Of a stretch of DNA of 63,063 nucleotides, positions 1 through 12,285 are shown piece by piece. This DNA is from Dicyema japonicum (lineage: Eukaryota > Animalia > Dicyemida): NCBI GenBank assembly GCA_011109175.1, contig RDEW01000008.1, forward strand, positions 1,295,600-1,358,662, written 5' to 3'. Within the stretch, counting starts at the first letter, position 1. Every line of letters starts with the position of its first letter. The position numbers and the translations under genes are program-made. The notes beneath the pieces are model-generated. The model made no database searches. It was not told the origin of the DNA and worked only from the letters and a program-made list of their open reading frames with translations.

Positions 1-700
1 TTTTCGAGAGACTAGGTCATACCTTTTCAATTCCCAAAATGACCTGATTTCACTATATCCCCAATGGTGTTCTCAGACATCTTCTTTCACCCTATTTTAA
101 TCTCTATCTCACGCAATTCCAAGATCAAACACCATTTCAACAATAGCCCTAATATATGCCTTAACAACGAACTTCTTCCAGTGGTTAAATATCCTAAAAT
201 CCCCGGAGTCATATTTGACATGTTACTATACTTTAACAAAAACGTTGAACAACTTTGCAAAAATGCAAAGCCAAATATCCTCCAGTAGTAGCTAATCAAT
301 AGTAGGCCAACTTATGGAGTCTCTAACGCTCTTGTACAAGCAGTTCTTCATACATATCACTCTCCTCCTACAAAAGCTGGCATAATGTCCAAAGTTCAGC
401 ATTTAGAGCTGTAACGAGGTGTTGAAATCATCTCAGTTGGGACATACATTAGGAGTCGAAAATCCTGCCTCTGTTTGACCACCTTGAAAAGAGAAGCTCA
501 CAATATCACAGACAATCGCTTGACCCAAACTACCCAACCTTCTCATTAATTAAATCCACTAACAGCAGACTCATAATTCTCTGATCTACAAAAAGAACGT
601 CAAGGAAAATCTCTACTCCGGAAGATCAAATTTGACAAAGTATGCATGGTTTTGTGTCCACACAACATAACAAATCCTTGTAGATAACAGATACTGAGCT
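1..700 (+). mobile_element. Decayed non-LTR retrotransposon, C-terminal part of RT ORF
   Basis: Translation LNNELLPVVKYPKIPGVIFDMLLYFNKNVEQLCKNAK resembles the post-RT 'LP..K.LGV.FD..L.F..HV' motif of LINE ORF2. Downstream is broken by stops and frameshifts. Confidence 0.55.
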
Positions 701-2399
701 TATTTACAGGCAAACCCATTTTCTAAAAAAGAGTATTATCAACAATTATAAGAAATAATCAATCGAGGGTTATACTGTAGCCCCTGACTGTGGCTATATT
801 CCCTCAGGATGGCGAAGCGAGATTTGGTCAAATAACCAGCAACACTCACGGAGATCACTTGTTCGTTTTGAAATACGATTCACTAGACGACCCAAGAATT
901 TCAGCATCGAAAGGGCAAGGGAACCAGAGAATCAATACAGAAACTAAATAATTGGATATTCCCACTTTTTGGGGCATCAAATGAATCGATGTTTTCCTTA
1001 TATTTTGATGTTGAGGTTTTTTGTGCGGTAATTAGAAGATTTCTTTTCTATTGAGAACTATTCTGAATAAGAGGTCCCAATTTATTCCCATATATTTATA
1101 ATCAGTGACTGGTTTTCTGTACCAACCATCTATTACACCATTAATTAGATTATCATCATTGAATGAGTATTTTGTTGAAAATTCATTGCTTTTCTTGAAA
1201 GTTGAAATATAAATCCCCGCCCGTCATTGCCAACAAAGGAATCAAAAGATGCAACTAGGAATTTTTGTGGTGAATTTATATTTAACCCAATTTTTACTAG
1301 TTTTATCCGTCGCCACAAGGTCTCTCAGTCTGTCGTTTATTCTGAGTGTTCCACATGGGTGGTAATTAGCTTCCAAGTTGGCTCATGCCATTGTACAGAT
1401 GTAGTCAAACGAAAGGAGGTCTAAATATGAGTGTTCCAATCATAGGCACAAATAGGACGTGACATTAGCTTACTAGATAATATTATTATTAACTCCAGAA
1501 TCACTGAGTCATAGAGAAAGAAAAGGTTCTCAACTAACTAAGTGATCCCAGACCGACAAGGGAGAGGACGAGTCCGATGGGGTCGAGAATCCTGAACAAA
1601 ACAGCTTATTAAATATGACACGTGTGAATCCAAACAATAAGTAGTCGTATTCATTATATTCAAATTATTTTGACTATTTGAGCTATCAAAATCTTAACTA
1701 TTCGTCATTTTCTTTTCCAACCACTAGAGAATTTATCTATGCTGGTGAACTAATTTAAATTGAATTGATTTAAAAAAAAATATAATTTTAAATTAATTAC
1801 TATCATTTGCATATAATCACGATTTTTATATACAACTAATTTTAAAACTGAAAATCTTGGGGATCACCTACCACAACACATGTCCTTTTCATCTCATGTC
1901 GATGGCATCTCCGGAAGCTGCTCAAGGAAGCTAGAGATAATCAAATTTATTTTTGATGGCATTAAAACCCCTTCCAGCATTGAGATTATCTGTCAGCTAT
2001 GCCTGTGGGTCATAGGGAATCAATATGTCCTGGACGAACAAACAAAAAATCAGCGGCATTCAGTCCTTGATATCCACTACTATTAGTAATCTCGGGAAAC
2101 TAGAAAATTTAATCCCCTCTTTATTTGAAGACGTAATCCGACAAAATGGAAAGGGATTTGTTTTCCTGTGCAACTCCTAACAGTACAGAACCAGGACATG
2201 TCTTATGAGAGAAAATACATTACCCTCTCTAATTTCTATTCCTCAGATCATCCCACCCACAGATAAGTTGGGTTGGATCCCAGAAGGCGCACAAAGAGAG
2301 GATGAGAAATCTGATTGTGGCCTTCGAGATCACATAACTAATTTAGTGATTAAATTAACTATTGATGTTCTTGGGTTAATAATGATAAGATCCTCAAAG

Positions 2400-3120
2400 A
2401 TAAATTCTTCTCAAATCTGAATCTGTCTAACTCCCAGCGCGACTTCTATGCCAAGCATTCTACCTCAACCCATCTAACAGAGTTAACTGACTTTATTGCT
2501 AATGAATTTAACAACCATGAACCACCACTAGCCTTTATTTGCATTTTTAAGGTCATGACAAGACACCAGGCACATTGTCTGCGACAAATTAACCTCATCG
2601 GGTATTCCTCCATTCATAGAGATTACTAATCATTTCTCTCTGACGGACAGGACCTACTTTGATTATGTCGAAGAAATCTAGTCCTGTTACCTCCCAAACG
2701 GATTACCGCAAGGCTCTGCCCTCTCCCGGCTTTATTCAACATCCATCTGAGTAGCATACCCAAGCAGAAGATACGTTAGTCATGTCCTATGCGGAATACA
2801 TAAGTCAGAAATATCCTTAGGACTCGGGATTGAGGCATCACCTCCGCCTCACTCCTCCAAACAAACTTAGATTTCCTAGAGTCTTGGTTATTAAGCAACC
2901 ACCCCTCCTCTTCCAAGTCCAGCGTCACGGTATTCACTTTCGACCGATGTCAGCTAAACATAGCACCTTCGCTGAAAATCTTCGAAAAAGTCTTCACTGT
3001 CTCAAAAACACAGAATCGTGTGAGTAATCTACAACCAATGTCTTACGTCCTCCACCCAATAGACCATGTTTTTGTAAAAGCAAACAAGAAAACGATCGTT
3101 CAAAGACTGGTATAAAAAGA
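2400..3120 (+). mobile_element. Decayed LINE reverse transcriptase core
   Basis: Frame-broken RT motifs: AKHSTSTHLTELTDFIANEFN, LPNGLPQGSALS (GVPQG-type motif), SYA (YADD-like) and LDFLESWLLSN. Confidence 0.65.
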
Positions 3121-6100
3121 TCTGCTAGATGTCCCACCATTGGTAGAGACAAGATCGTCCTCTTGTGGACGAGGATTCATGACTTCTGGCCGGGACCTCA
3201 CGTCTCAACAGCAAATGGGACAAACTAGTGATTTCTCCTTAGGTACTTCTTCTCTTCTTATCCTCTGCTTGTCTAGAAGCATGACCAGGATCCAAGACTG
3301 AAACGGCCAAATTGTTCGGAGAGTATGTATCAACACATGTAGCGTCCTAAACCAGGTTCGACCATTGGCAAAAGGAATCCTCTCAGATGAGACCATTCGG
3401 CTTCAAAATGCAGTGGTGACCAGCAGATTTTATAAATTACAAAAGAATTCGAATTCGAGTACCTTGCAATACTGTTTATGTAATTAAGGAATACTAAGCT
3501 GAGATTGTCAGACAGCTTCAATAAAAATGCTGGGAATGAGGCTGAGTCTTATGGAGATATCAATGATAACTCAATGTGCGTTGGAATATGGATCCACAAC
3601 GAGGACTGAACTTTGGAGCATTTGTGGCACGAATAGCAGCGAAAAGGTTTGTCCAGATGCTCGTGGATTCTAAATCATTTACAAAGCCCAAACAGGCTGA
3701 TGGAGAAAATTATTAATGATTAAAATAGATACTAATTAACCTCAATCTCGCTACCTTTTTGGAGGCCAGCCGTCCTCTCTACGGGTCTTCGATGTTCGCC
3801 GGAGGTCCCGTCCAAGAGAAAAGTTCTTGAGAATCTATATTAGTTGGTCCGATGATAGGAACCAGGATCCAAACTCAGCTCTAAGGAAGAATTGCCCAGA
3901 ATGTAGTCGATTAAATAAATTTAAAATTATTATTTAAAATTTATTTATATAAAAAAACATTTATTTATAAATGGCAAACCGTAAATAGAATAAACATCAG
4001 TGATACACGCTCTTCTGTTGGTTCGTTGTTGTGGATTCTTAAGTTTTTTATTTAATTTTTTAGTCTATATTACTATATTCGATATATTTTACTATTTTAA
4101 ATGAAGATAAATATTATTGAGTTCTCCTAATAGTGTGTAAATGTTTTATCAAGATGTTCTACAGATATTTTGATAATTCTAAAAAATATGAGTTATTTTA
4201 ACACTATTATGAGTAATTTACTCAATTTTTATATATATTATTGTTATTATGGATTATTTTTCTGTTCCGTTTATTATTGAAATATATTTTATTAATTCAC
4301 GAAATACACATTGCTCATAATATATCAGAAAACGTGATATGATGGTTGCAGTCTCAGGTGATCACCTATATTATTCACCGAGCCAAATAACGCAAAATAG
4401 TCCCCGTTTTTAATGTATAATGGAAATCCGCTAAACGTCTGTCAATTGTGAAAACAACCTGTTGTTTATATCAGCTATCATCAACCTGTATTTGGTCGAA
4501 TATCTGTATTTTGACTCAATTGTTTTCAGAAACTTTTTGACGTAAGAATCATAAACCGATTTACTCTCAATTCACCCAAGTAAAGATAGTGATATCACTG
4601 ATATCTGGAACCCAATTGATGTCGCTTTATTATGTCCTTGCTTGGCAGTCAAGTTGACTGAATTTTCATCATACTTCGTAGACCCTCCTGGCAATTAAAA
4701 TAGCTGGAGAAACTATACCAGGGAATAAACCAAGCTTATACTCGTTTTAAGATAAATATTGCTTCGTGTATTTTTTCTCCTTCCAAAGATTTCCACTTGT
4801 TGAAAAAGCTCTCAAAATTAGAACTGGAAATAACAGAATGCGGAATATGCTCCGTAATATAATTTAAAGGGAATTTTACGATTAGACAGATCTTCTGCCA
4901 ATTTTTGCAGGATCGGTAACAGAGTGACATGAATATTGGGGTTGATTCTAATTGCTGCAACTATGTCTAACAACTCATATGCGTCTTTTTTCCTATTAAT
5001 CAATTCGAAATACCTTCCGTCATACTCTTCTCTTGCAATCTTCAAGGACATTTGCATCAGTTCTTGTCACTATGGTAATGATTTTTTGAATTTCCTTTAG
5101 GCATGCTATTTTGTTCCAGATGATTCTTGATTGTTTTCATTGTGTTATTTTCGTCCAATATTGCAATTCATTTATGATACGACAAACGAGCGTCATTCTG
5201 GAGCCCACTTGTCTTCGTACAACCCGTAAAGAAATGTGTACATCGGATAACAGACCTCACTGACACAGGGTTAAATAGTATTGATATATGGTCTTTGACC
5301 CATTTGAGTGGACGTCTTTGTCTCAAAGTTGGACATGAGAGGCCACCAAGTATCATTGGCTGCAATAACTAATCGACTTGGAAATATCGCTTGTAGTTGT
5401 TGAAGTTTATTTTAAAAATTATAGCAATTGAAAAAAACAAGTAATATGAAAAATTATGTTATTTTCATTTTAAATATCTCTCTAATTGTTTGAATTATAG
5501 CATTCAATTGGAATGTACTGAATTTACAGATTGTACAATATATAAAGTCTCTGGAATCAAATTGTCTCGTCAATTACATTTAATATTATTTTCCTGTTGA
5601 TGTTACTTTCTTAATTAAGTAAATAGAATTGTTTATTTATTTTTTTCTGTAGATCAATAATATGATGATCATAAGGTTTATGTATAATTAAAAAGTAACA
5701 GTTAACATAATTGAGAACTCACTCTCACGATTTTATATAACTATTCCCTAATTTGTTAAGTGGAATATTAGCATTTAAAAATGGTTAACCAAATAGATAT
5801 TCAATTTTTTTGTTATCTTCAGTATGAAAAAGTTGAGTGGTCTCTACTTTTTGGCATTTAGTCTCATGTATTTTTCTATTAAGATGTTGATCTGTGTAGT
5901 ATTGTTTAGATTATTTTACTATCTTAGAGCACTTTTTGTCAAAATAAATCTCCTTTAGGTGTTTTTGTAAATATGTATGAGTTTTTGGGAATTGCTTTTG
6001 AAATTATTTTCTTATTTTTGCCTGTGAGTTCTAATAGTTTTAATAATTGACAAATTACAAACTTGTCATAATAATAACACCAGAGAACACGGTAACACAA

Positions 6101-6234
6101 ACTAACTAATCAGGTGATCCAAGCACTCTCTAGCAGGAATGAAGACTGCTAATATACAACAAAAAACAATTTACAACGCGTAATTTAAAAAATCAAAAAA
6201 TAATTAAAATAATATTTATTTTAGAATTTACAAG

Positions 6235-6575
6235 CAATACATAGAACCATGCTTCTCGTACGCGTGTGCTTCATGGGGACTTTCATTATCATGGACAAAC
6301 ACTAAGAAAATTGAGGACGTACAAAAGAAGGCTTTCAGAATGACGGAGTGGTGGTCTTGTGGGAGACACAGAACCGGACCGACTACTCTGGAGGCCCCCA
6401 TTAAACAAAACTCCGGCATGCGGGTAGGCGGCCCTGCAAATACAGTCAGCCGCCCTGTACGAGCTTGTGGGTACGAGGGAGGAACACCGGGAAAGAATGA
6501 GGATTTTGGCGGAGCGCATCGGGATCACGTGATAGTTAGTTTTGGTTTTACCGTGGTCTTGGGTGTTAAATAAAT
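6235..6575 (+). mobile_element. 3' end of an APE-type LINE (ORF end plus 3' UTR)
   Basis: PCFSYACASWGLSLSWTNTKKIEDVQKKAFRM, then a UTR with GGGATCACGTGATAGTTAGTTT and an AAATAAATA end. The same UTR motif recurs near 6085, 11975, 35765, 46715 and 61960. Confidence 0.55.
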
Positions 6576-6599
6576 AGGACAAATAGGTTAATATCCACC

Positions 6600-7760
6600 C
6601 GACTGATCACATTGAATCTCTTCTTATGAGTGACGACGAACGCATAACTCATTTTTTCGGGCATTTCATATCTTCGACTACGCCAATTACGGTGGCGGAG
6701 ATACAAACGTCTCTGCAAAAGCTGAACAACTACCTGAGTTCGGGCACTGACAATATCAATGGGGAACTTCTGAAACATTCGCCACCCTAACTGGCCTATC
6801 AAATATGCAGCATGCTAACGACATTTTATGAGACACATGCCTGTCCCACTAAGACAGGGAATTCTGATACCTATTTGGAAACTCGGAAAGCCGGTCGGAC
6901 CGGTAGAAAATGTCAGGCATATAATCCTTCCAACAATTCTATGGAACTATTATCTCTGATTGTTCTGGATAGGATTTCTTCTACTGTTGATGAATATCTG
7001 TCTCTGGGCCAAAATAAATTCAGAAGAGAAAGGTTCACGGATTATATCGTATGGACACATAGATGGATATGCTCCATGACGCAAAAATTTCAGTAGACTG
7101 TTCACATACAGATCTTTCCCTACCGTTCGATACTGTATGCAGAGGGAAACTAATGTTGTTACTTGGAACGTTGTTGGACGAAGACAGTGAAAGAATGATC
7201 CTCGTACTACTTGCGAACACTGAAATACAAGTCTGGGTCGGTTCAGAACTAATTTACGCAGATGACGTTGAATTGTTTCAGAGAACATAAAAGAGATTAG
7301 GACTGTTCTAAATCATGCTCCTGGAGCATTCGTGGAATGGTGTTTGAAAATGAACGAAAGAGAACGGAGTCACAACTGAACAAAAAAAGTCGGCTCAACG
7401 AAGGAAATGTTATCGATTCTTCACTTAAAAGACAGAGTCTACGTAACTAAAATATTCACACGTTTCAAAACCCATAAAGGTGCATTTATAAAATGCATTT
7501 ATTCTGCCTATTTTGCTATACAACTCATGAACGTGGGATTTGAATAAACTTGTACTGAAAGAGTGAATGCTTTTCACAGAAAACAACTGAAATCCCTATT
7601 GGACATGCGTTATCCGAAGGTGATAATCAACATATACACTATCTGTAAATCTGAAAGCTTGGGGACCACTATAAAGAGGGCTATTTTTACATATCTTGAG
7701 AATGGATCCAGTTGCTCCAGCAAATGACATCATGGAATCCTACATCCTCTCCATTACCAA
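6600..7760 (+). mobile_element. Decayed RTE-like LINE (RT domain to C-terminus)
   Basis: Across frames: PITVAEIQTSLQKLNN..SGTDNINGELLKH, GILIPIWK.GKP, LLSLIVLDRISSTVDEYLSLGQ, FDTVCRGKL, HILRMDPVAPANDIMESY. Confidence 0.7.
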
Positions 7761-7809
7761 TCTCGATTGTCTTTTTTAATAATTTTTTTATTTGACAAAA
7801 TTTTATTTA

Positions 7810-8000
7810 TTTATATCAAAATGGATCTCGTCTATGTGTGTTGCCTCTCACGATTGCAACGAAGATAAACTGGAGAAGCCACGTGCGCCGTGGAGTTGAG
7901 TGCAGCAGTTTCTTGAGTAAACGAAGCGATTTCTCGCTTATTCCTCCACTTATCTCAACTACAATGAACCGGAACGTGAACCGGTCTTGGGTTTCCCACA
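7810..8000 (-). mobile_element. 3' end of CRE-like (RLE-type) non-LTR element
   Basis: FRFIVVEISGGISEKSLRLLKKL...WLLQFIFVAIVRGN matches the 'F.P.AVET.G...WL.QR.S.AI.RGN' C-terminus. A related stretch lies at 60125-60180. Confidence 0.5.
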
Positions 8001-8059
8001 ACTGGAAGGACTGAACGTTTTTTTCCTTTTTTGGTTCTGGATTAACTTTTTGTAAAATT

Positions 8060-8300
8060 GGAAAGTTTTTCTGCTGATGTAATCGTGGGAACTGAATACA
8101 GTCCATTATTGATCTTCGATACTAGTCGCTCTCACTCTCTCCTGTTCGAAGCCAGTCTCCGCAGACTACTGAGGTCTTCAATTTTCCTTAGTGTTATGTT
8201 CACTGTCATTGTACGCAGACGACCGCGGAACTTTTCCCCATATGTTTCAAAGAATTCTTCCATAGCCAAAGTGGTTTCAGAACTGGGAGATTAACAGCTG
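8060..8300 (-). mobile_element. 3' end of RTE-like LINE
   Basis: TLAMEEFFETYGEKFRGRLRT...EDLSSLRRRLASNRRE; same family as 14915-15120. Confidence 0.55.
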
Positions 8301-8329
8301 ATGTAGTATGGTGCCATAGATTGCATTGC

Positions 8330-8715
8330 GCTATTTAGCAAAAATTCCGAGTATACCTGAAAATGACTGGGGGAGACTACATCGAAGGTGTTGTATCTCC
8401 CAACTCACTGCTGCGTATTTCGTCCAAATAAAACTCAATGAAACGGTTTCTTAAGGCTCTTGATAGTATTCACTCAGTAAACTCCTTGAGTATTTTGTGT
8501 TGCAAATAGCATTAATTTTCTATGAACTTTGATAGTTTTCTGAGTTTATGACATAAATATCTCTCGGTTTCCGTCCAATAAGTAGAATCAGGCAACACAG
8601 TACTCTATTCAAAGCCTCCAGAACGTCAGAAAGAGTCAGGTTTAATTCATTCAGAATAACCCAGTAACCATTCCTTAGTGGCTCAATAAGGAGTTCTAAG
8701 GTAACCAAACAGATA
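8330..8715 (-). pseudogene. MDN1: Midasin (Rea1/MDN1) AAA-domain pseudogene fragment
   Basis: LIEPLRNGYWVILNELNLTLSDVLEALNR, then a 22-nt intron (8582-8603, acceptor mutated to AC), then LLDGNREIFMS*TQKTIKVHRKLMLFATQNTQGVY* and LSRALRNRFIEFYLDEIRSSEL. This matches the midasin string GYWIILDELNLA..DVLEALNRLLDDNRE..FATQNP..LSRAFRNRF. Walker B Asp is changed to Asn and there are internal stops. Confidence 0.82.
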
Positions 8716-8862
8716 ACCGTCTTATTTATTTATTTAACACCAAGACTTCATAATCATAATCCGCAATCAGAAAGACATTTATAAAAAAATTTCAAATTAA
8801 TTAATTTTTTATTATGCATTTAATTGAATTTACATTTTAAATTTAAAATCATAAAGTGCCAC

Positions 8863-9235
8863 ATGGCTAGAAAGAGGACAGAAATTTATGTTACATGGAA
8901 AAGAAAGATTTGTGTAACAGAAATACATCAAAAATGTCTCGAAACTTTCAGAAATTCTTAAAAAAATGAAAATGTGAAAACTATGAAACTATAATTAACA
9001 ATTTAAGACATTATTAACTTGATAATTCACCTGTTAAATGATTTTCATGGATGGATACAATCAATGGTTTTATTATTGAAGATACTATCATTTCAAATGC
9101 TAAGGTATTTGGTGTAAAGCTTGGATTCAATGATCTTGAATTTAGTAAAGGCTGGCTACTCAGATTTATAGGAAGATTAAAATCTTAAACTAAAAGTTCT
9201 TAAAGGAAAAGCTAACACTTTAACATAATAGTGAT
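8863..9235 (+). mobile_element. pogo/Tigger transposase N-terminal remnant (CENP-B-type HTH)
   Basis: Starts MARKRT, later TIISNAKVFGVKLGFNDLEFSKGWLLRF..KVLKGKA ('F.AS.GWL.RF' motif). It ends at the SINE at 9240. Confidence 0.65.
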
Positions 9236-9239
9236 GGTT

Positions 9240-9330
9240 GCCGGGAAAGAGGCCTGAATGTCGCTAGTTCGAATCCCGATACTGCAAATTTCGGTTGAAG
9301 GTTCCACGCATCAATATGTTTTGGCTTGAA
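9240..9330 (+). mobile_element. tRNA-derived SINE, 5' partial copy
   Basis: B-box AGTTCGAATCCC followed by TTCGGTTGAAGGTTCCACGCATC...TTTGGCTTGA, matching the family core. Confidence 0.6.
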
Positions 9331-10284
9331 AGTCTCGAATCACAAGCAATTGTGCATTCCAGATAGCATAAATAATACCACCGAATACGTATCAACAATG
9401 AACCTTTTCTCTTATATAACAACGAAGACAGTTTTGATTGAATAATTATTTTCATCAGAAAAAAAATCTTCTTGTTTTCTATGGCATAAACCAATTAAAA
9501 TTGTGGTCTGCACTGCAGTTACCCTTTATGATCGCGAGCCCAATGATCTGAAAGTGATATCGTATCATCCTAGACTCTATTTTCGTCTGTTCTACAAACC
9601 GCAAGATTAACCTAATAAACTTTGATGTGAATGTCAAACGTCTCACTGAAGATTACTGTTCATAAAACGAATAATTCACGTGAATGATAAACTATTAGAC
9701 AAAAGAAACAAATCAGGCACCATCAGCCGTGAGAATGTGAGCGTAGCCGCAAGCTATGACTATTCTAAGACATTCACAAAACCAACACCGTTCCAGATGA
9801 TCTCCCAACTTGAACGAGATTCCGTTCGGAAGAATCAGTGGCAGGATAGATCGAGTTTGAACTGGGAATGATATTATCATGGTCTAAACATCAGAGGATA
9901 TGCTAAAGGGATTGGTTTTCTTGTTTCTTCAATAGAAGGTTTCACAATCAAAAACAAGCTAAGAAGAAAAAACCCAATACGACTTATGTGGAATTAATAA
10001 GTATCTGGATTCTAGATTTTATGTCAATAAATGTTTAGAAGATATTTTTTATTAATTAATTAGTTAAAGTCATTTTTATATTACAAAAATCGATAAACAA
10101 CGTATTTCTTCATACACATACAGCTATTTGAAAATCTCGTTCCACGTTATCCAGATCTGTTTCTCAACCTTTTTTCGTATCCCCCTATGAAAAAAATTTC
10201 GCCTCCTCAATAAAAACTATATGTACTAGTGATGCAATTAATTATAATTTTTTGTTTTATTTATTTAGCAAAAAAAGGACAAAA

Positions 10285-10385
10285 CAAGTGTTAGCTGCCC
10301 CCTCACTGCGTGGCTGCTTCCTCTCAGAATTGGGAGCTAAATTCGCTCAAACAGCCAGCGGCGTTCGCGGAGATCTCGAATGCAT
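10285..10385 (-). mobile_element. CRE-like element 3' terminal fragment
   Basis: Reverse complement aligns with 45985-46080 (GAGATCTCCG.GAAC...CAATTCTGA.AG..AGCCACGCAGTGAGGG). Confidence 0.6.
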
Positions 10386-10659
10386 TTTTTATAAAAAAAT
10401 TTTAGTGTGACCCTTGACCTTGGTGAAGGTCTACCACATGCTATATATTGGATTCTTTTAGTAAGAACTACTCTGATATCCCGTCTTTCGAAGATACTAA
10501 AATTATTCCCACTTACTCATCATCTCAGCAATAAAATGAAGATTACCTATATAAATTGAAATAAATAAAAACCAAAAATTGCAATGATTTCTGCAACTTT
10601 ATATGAATACACAGCCTTGAGTAGTTTGAAGAATTGTAGTATTTATTAATAAAGTTAGA

Positions 10660-10760
10660 TCAACGAGAAGGGCTATGGCTAAGACAAAAGATTGGAATAG
10701 CCATACTCCGAGGGAAACTCGTTCGCAATCCACGCAGCAGGCTTCCTCAACTGATATTTG
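10660..10760 (+). mobile_element. CRE-like element 3' terminal fragment (second subfamily)
   Basis: WLRQKIGIAILRGN-type terminus; near-identical to the reverse complement of 55775-55865. Confidence 0.6.
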
Positions 10761-12285
10761 TTTAATTGTTAAAAAAAGTTTTAACTATTAATAGAAAAAC
10801 AAAAATATCATTCTTACTCCTTTATTTGTAGAAATCTCCCATACTTCTCATAATCGGGTGTGAGTCTAAAAAAGCTGTTGATAATGAATTAAGAACATGG
10901 GATACAGGGCCATTATTGTTAGCATGCATAGAATCATTTTACTGTCTTTCTATAATTGCAGCTACAGACTGATAACTCTCAACTTTTTTCATTTTTATGA
11001 CAGTATTTGTGTATATAACGGCTCTTTAGCTCAAAATATTAGATTTGGGAGTCTGTCGATATAACACAAGTCCAGTGAAAGGGAAGAAAACGTCCATCCT
11101 TTACATTCTTGGGAACTCTTCCAATGCAATGGAAAGAAGAAAAAATTATAATTTTTTAGCAACCCTAGTACTGCCCACCTCTTGAGACAGGAGATTTCAT
11201 AGCATCATTTGTAAAAGAGGGAAAAAAAGTTATTCGATCAAATATCTAGTTAAAGAGTCGAACCCATGAAAAGAGACAAAATTCGACATTGTAGGGAATC
11301 GACCCTTCTAGTATTGTTGGAAACATGAACCCTAATAAAATCAATAAAATATTTATTCATACAAAAATAATATCACAAAACTCGAGCAAACACTGAAGTG
11401 ATGAAAAACCCAGTCGAAATCTCACACACAACCTGAAGACAATCATTCACTATATTCCACAATTTCAGAGGCCATCTGACGAACAGCTCACCGACAAATC
11501 ATTCCCCTGAAAACTTGGAAACGACAGCCCTTTGACTCTGATTTTATAAATAAAATAGAACCTCCAACATGAACTTTATATGTGGATAGCAACACAGTGA
11601 CCAAAGTCCAGGCATATAAAAAATAACTCGACGAGAGACACCAACGAAGTAAGCAATTATCCTATAGTAGACAAACCACCATCACTATAATCAATAGCAG
11701 TAAAAGAAGAATACATCTTAAAGTCGATGCGTTTCGCCAAAACTCTGGATTTTACGATCTTTAGCATAAATCATTAAAATACAGGTTGGAACACAACGAA
11801 TGAAAAGATTATATAAAAATCCTCTTCGTAAAAATGTGTCCATTTTTCTGTAGCTAAAAATAAGTAAATATTAAATACCTATAATATAAATTAACTATAA
11901 ATAAAAATTTAAATATTAGTTATATGAAACCTCCCTCAAGACCACCGGGCTAAGCCGAGAGCCCTATTGAAATTCGCCGGGATCACATAATTCTTGTTTT
12001 TGTCTTTAACTGTGGTTTTTGGAAATAAATTTCAATTTCCACCTTTTTGGTATAAACTTATTTTCCCAAGGTTAAATTCCAAATCTAAGACCGCAAACAT
12101 GTAAGAGAGATATGAGAAATTTCCCACAAGGGTGGACGGCCATGGAAACAATGGCGGATCTAAAATGATTACTTCACTAAAACTTGTGTTATGTAGCTTT
12201 TTAAAAAAGGTCCAGTTTCTCGTGTTAAAAACTGAGATAGAGTTGTCTTCAGAACAGCGGAATAAATGGGGGACGATAATTTTAG

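Noticed and set aside
3100-3700. DIRS-like element (IWPFQSW motif)
   Set aside because: A single short motif; no RT, RNase H or tyrosine recombinase signature could be confirmed.
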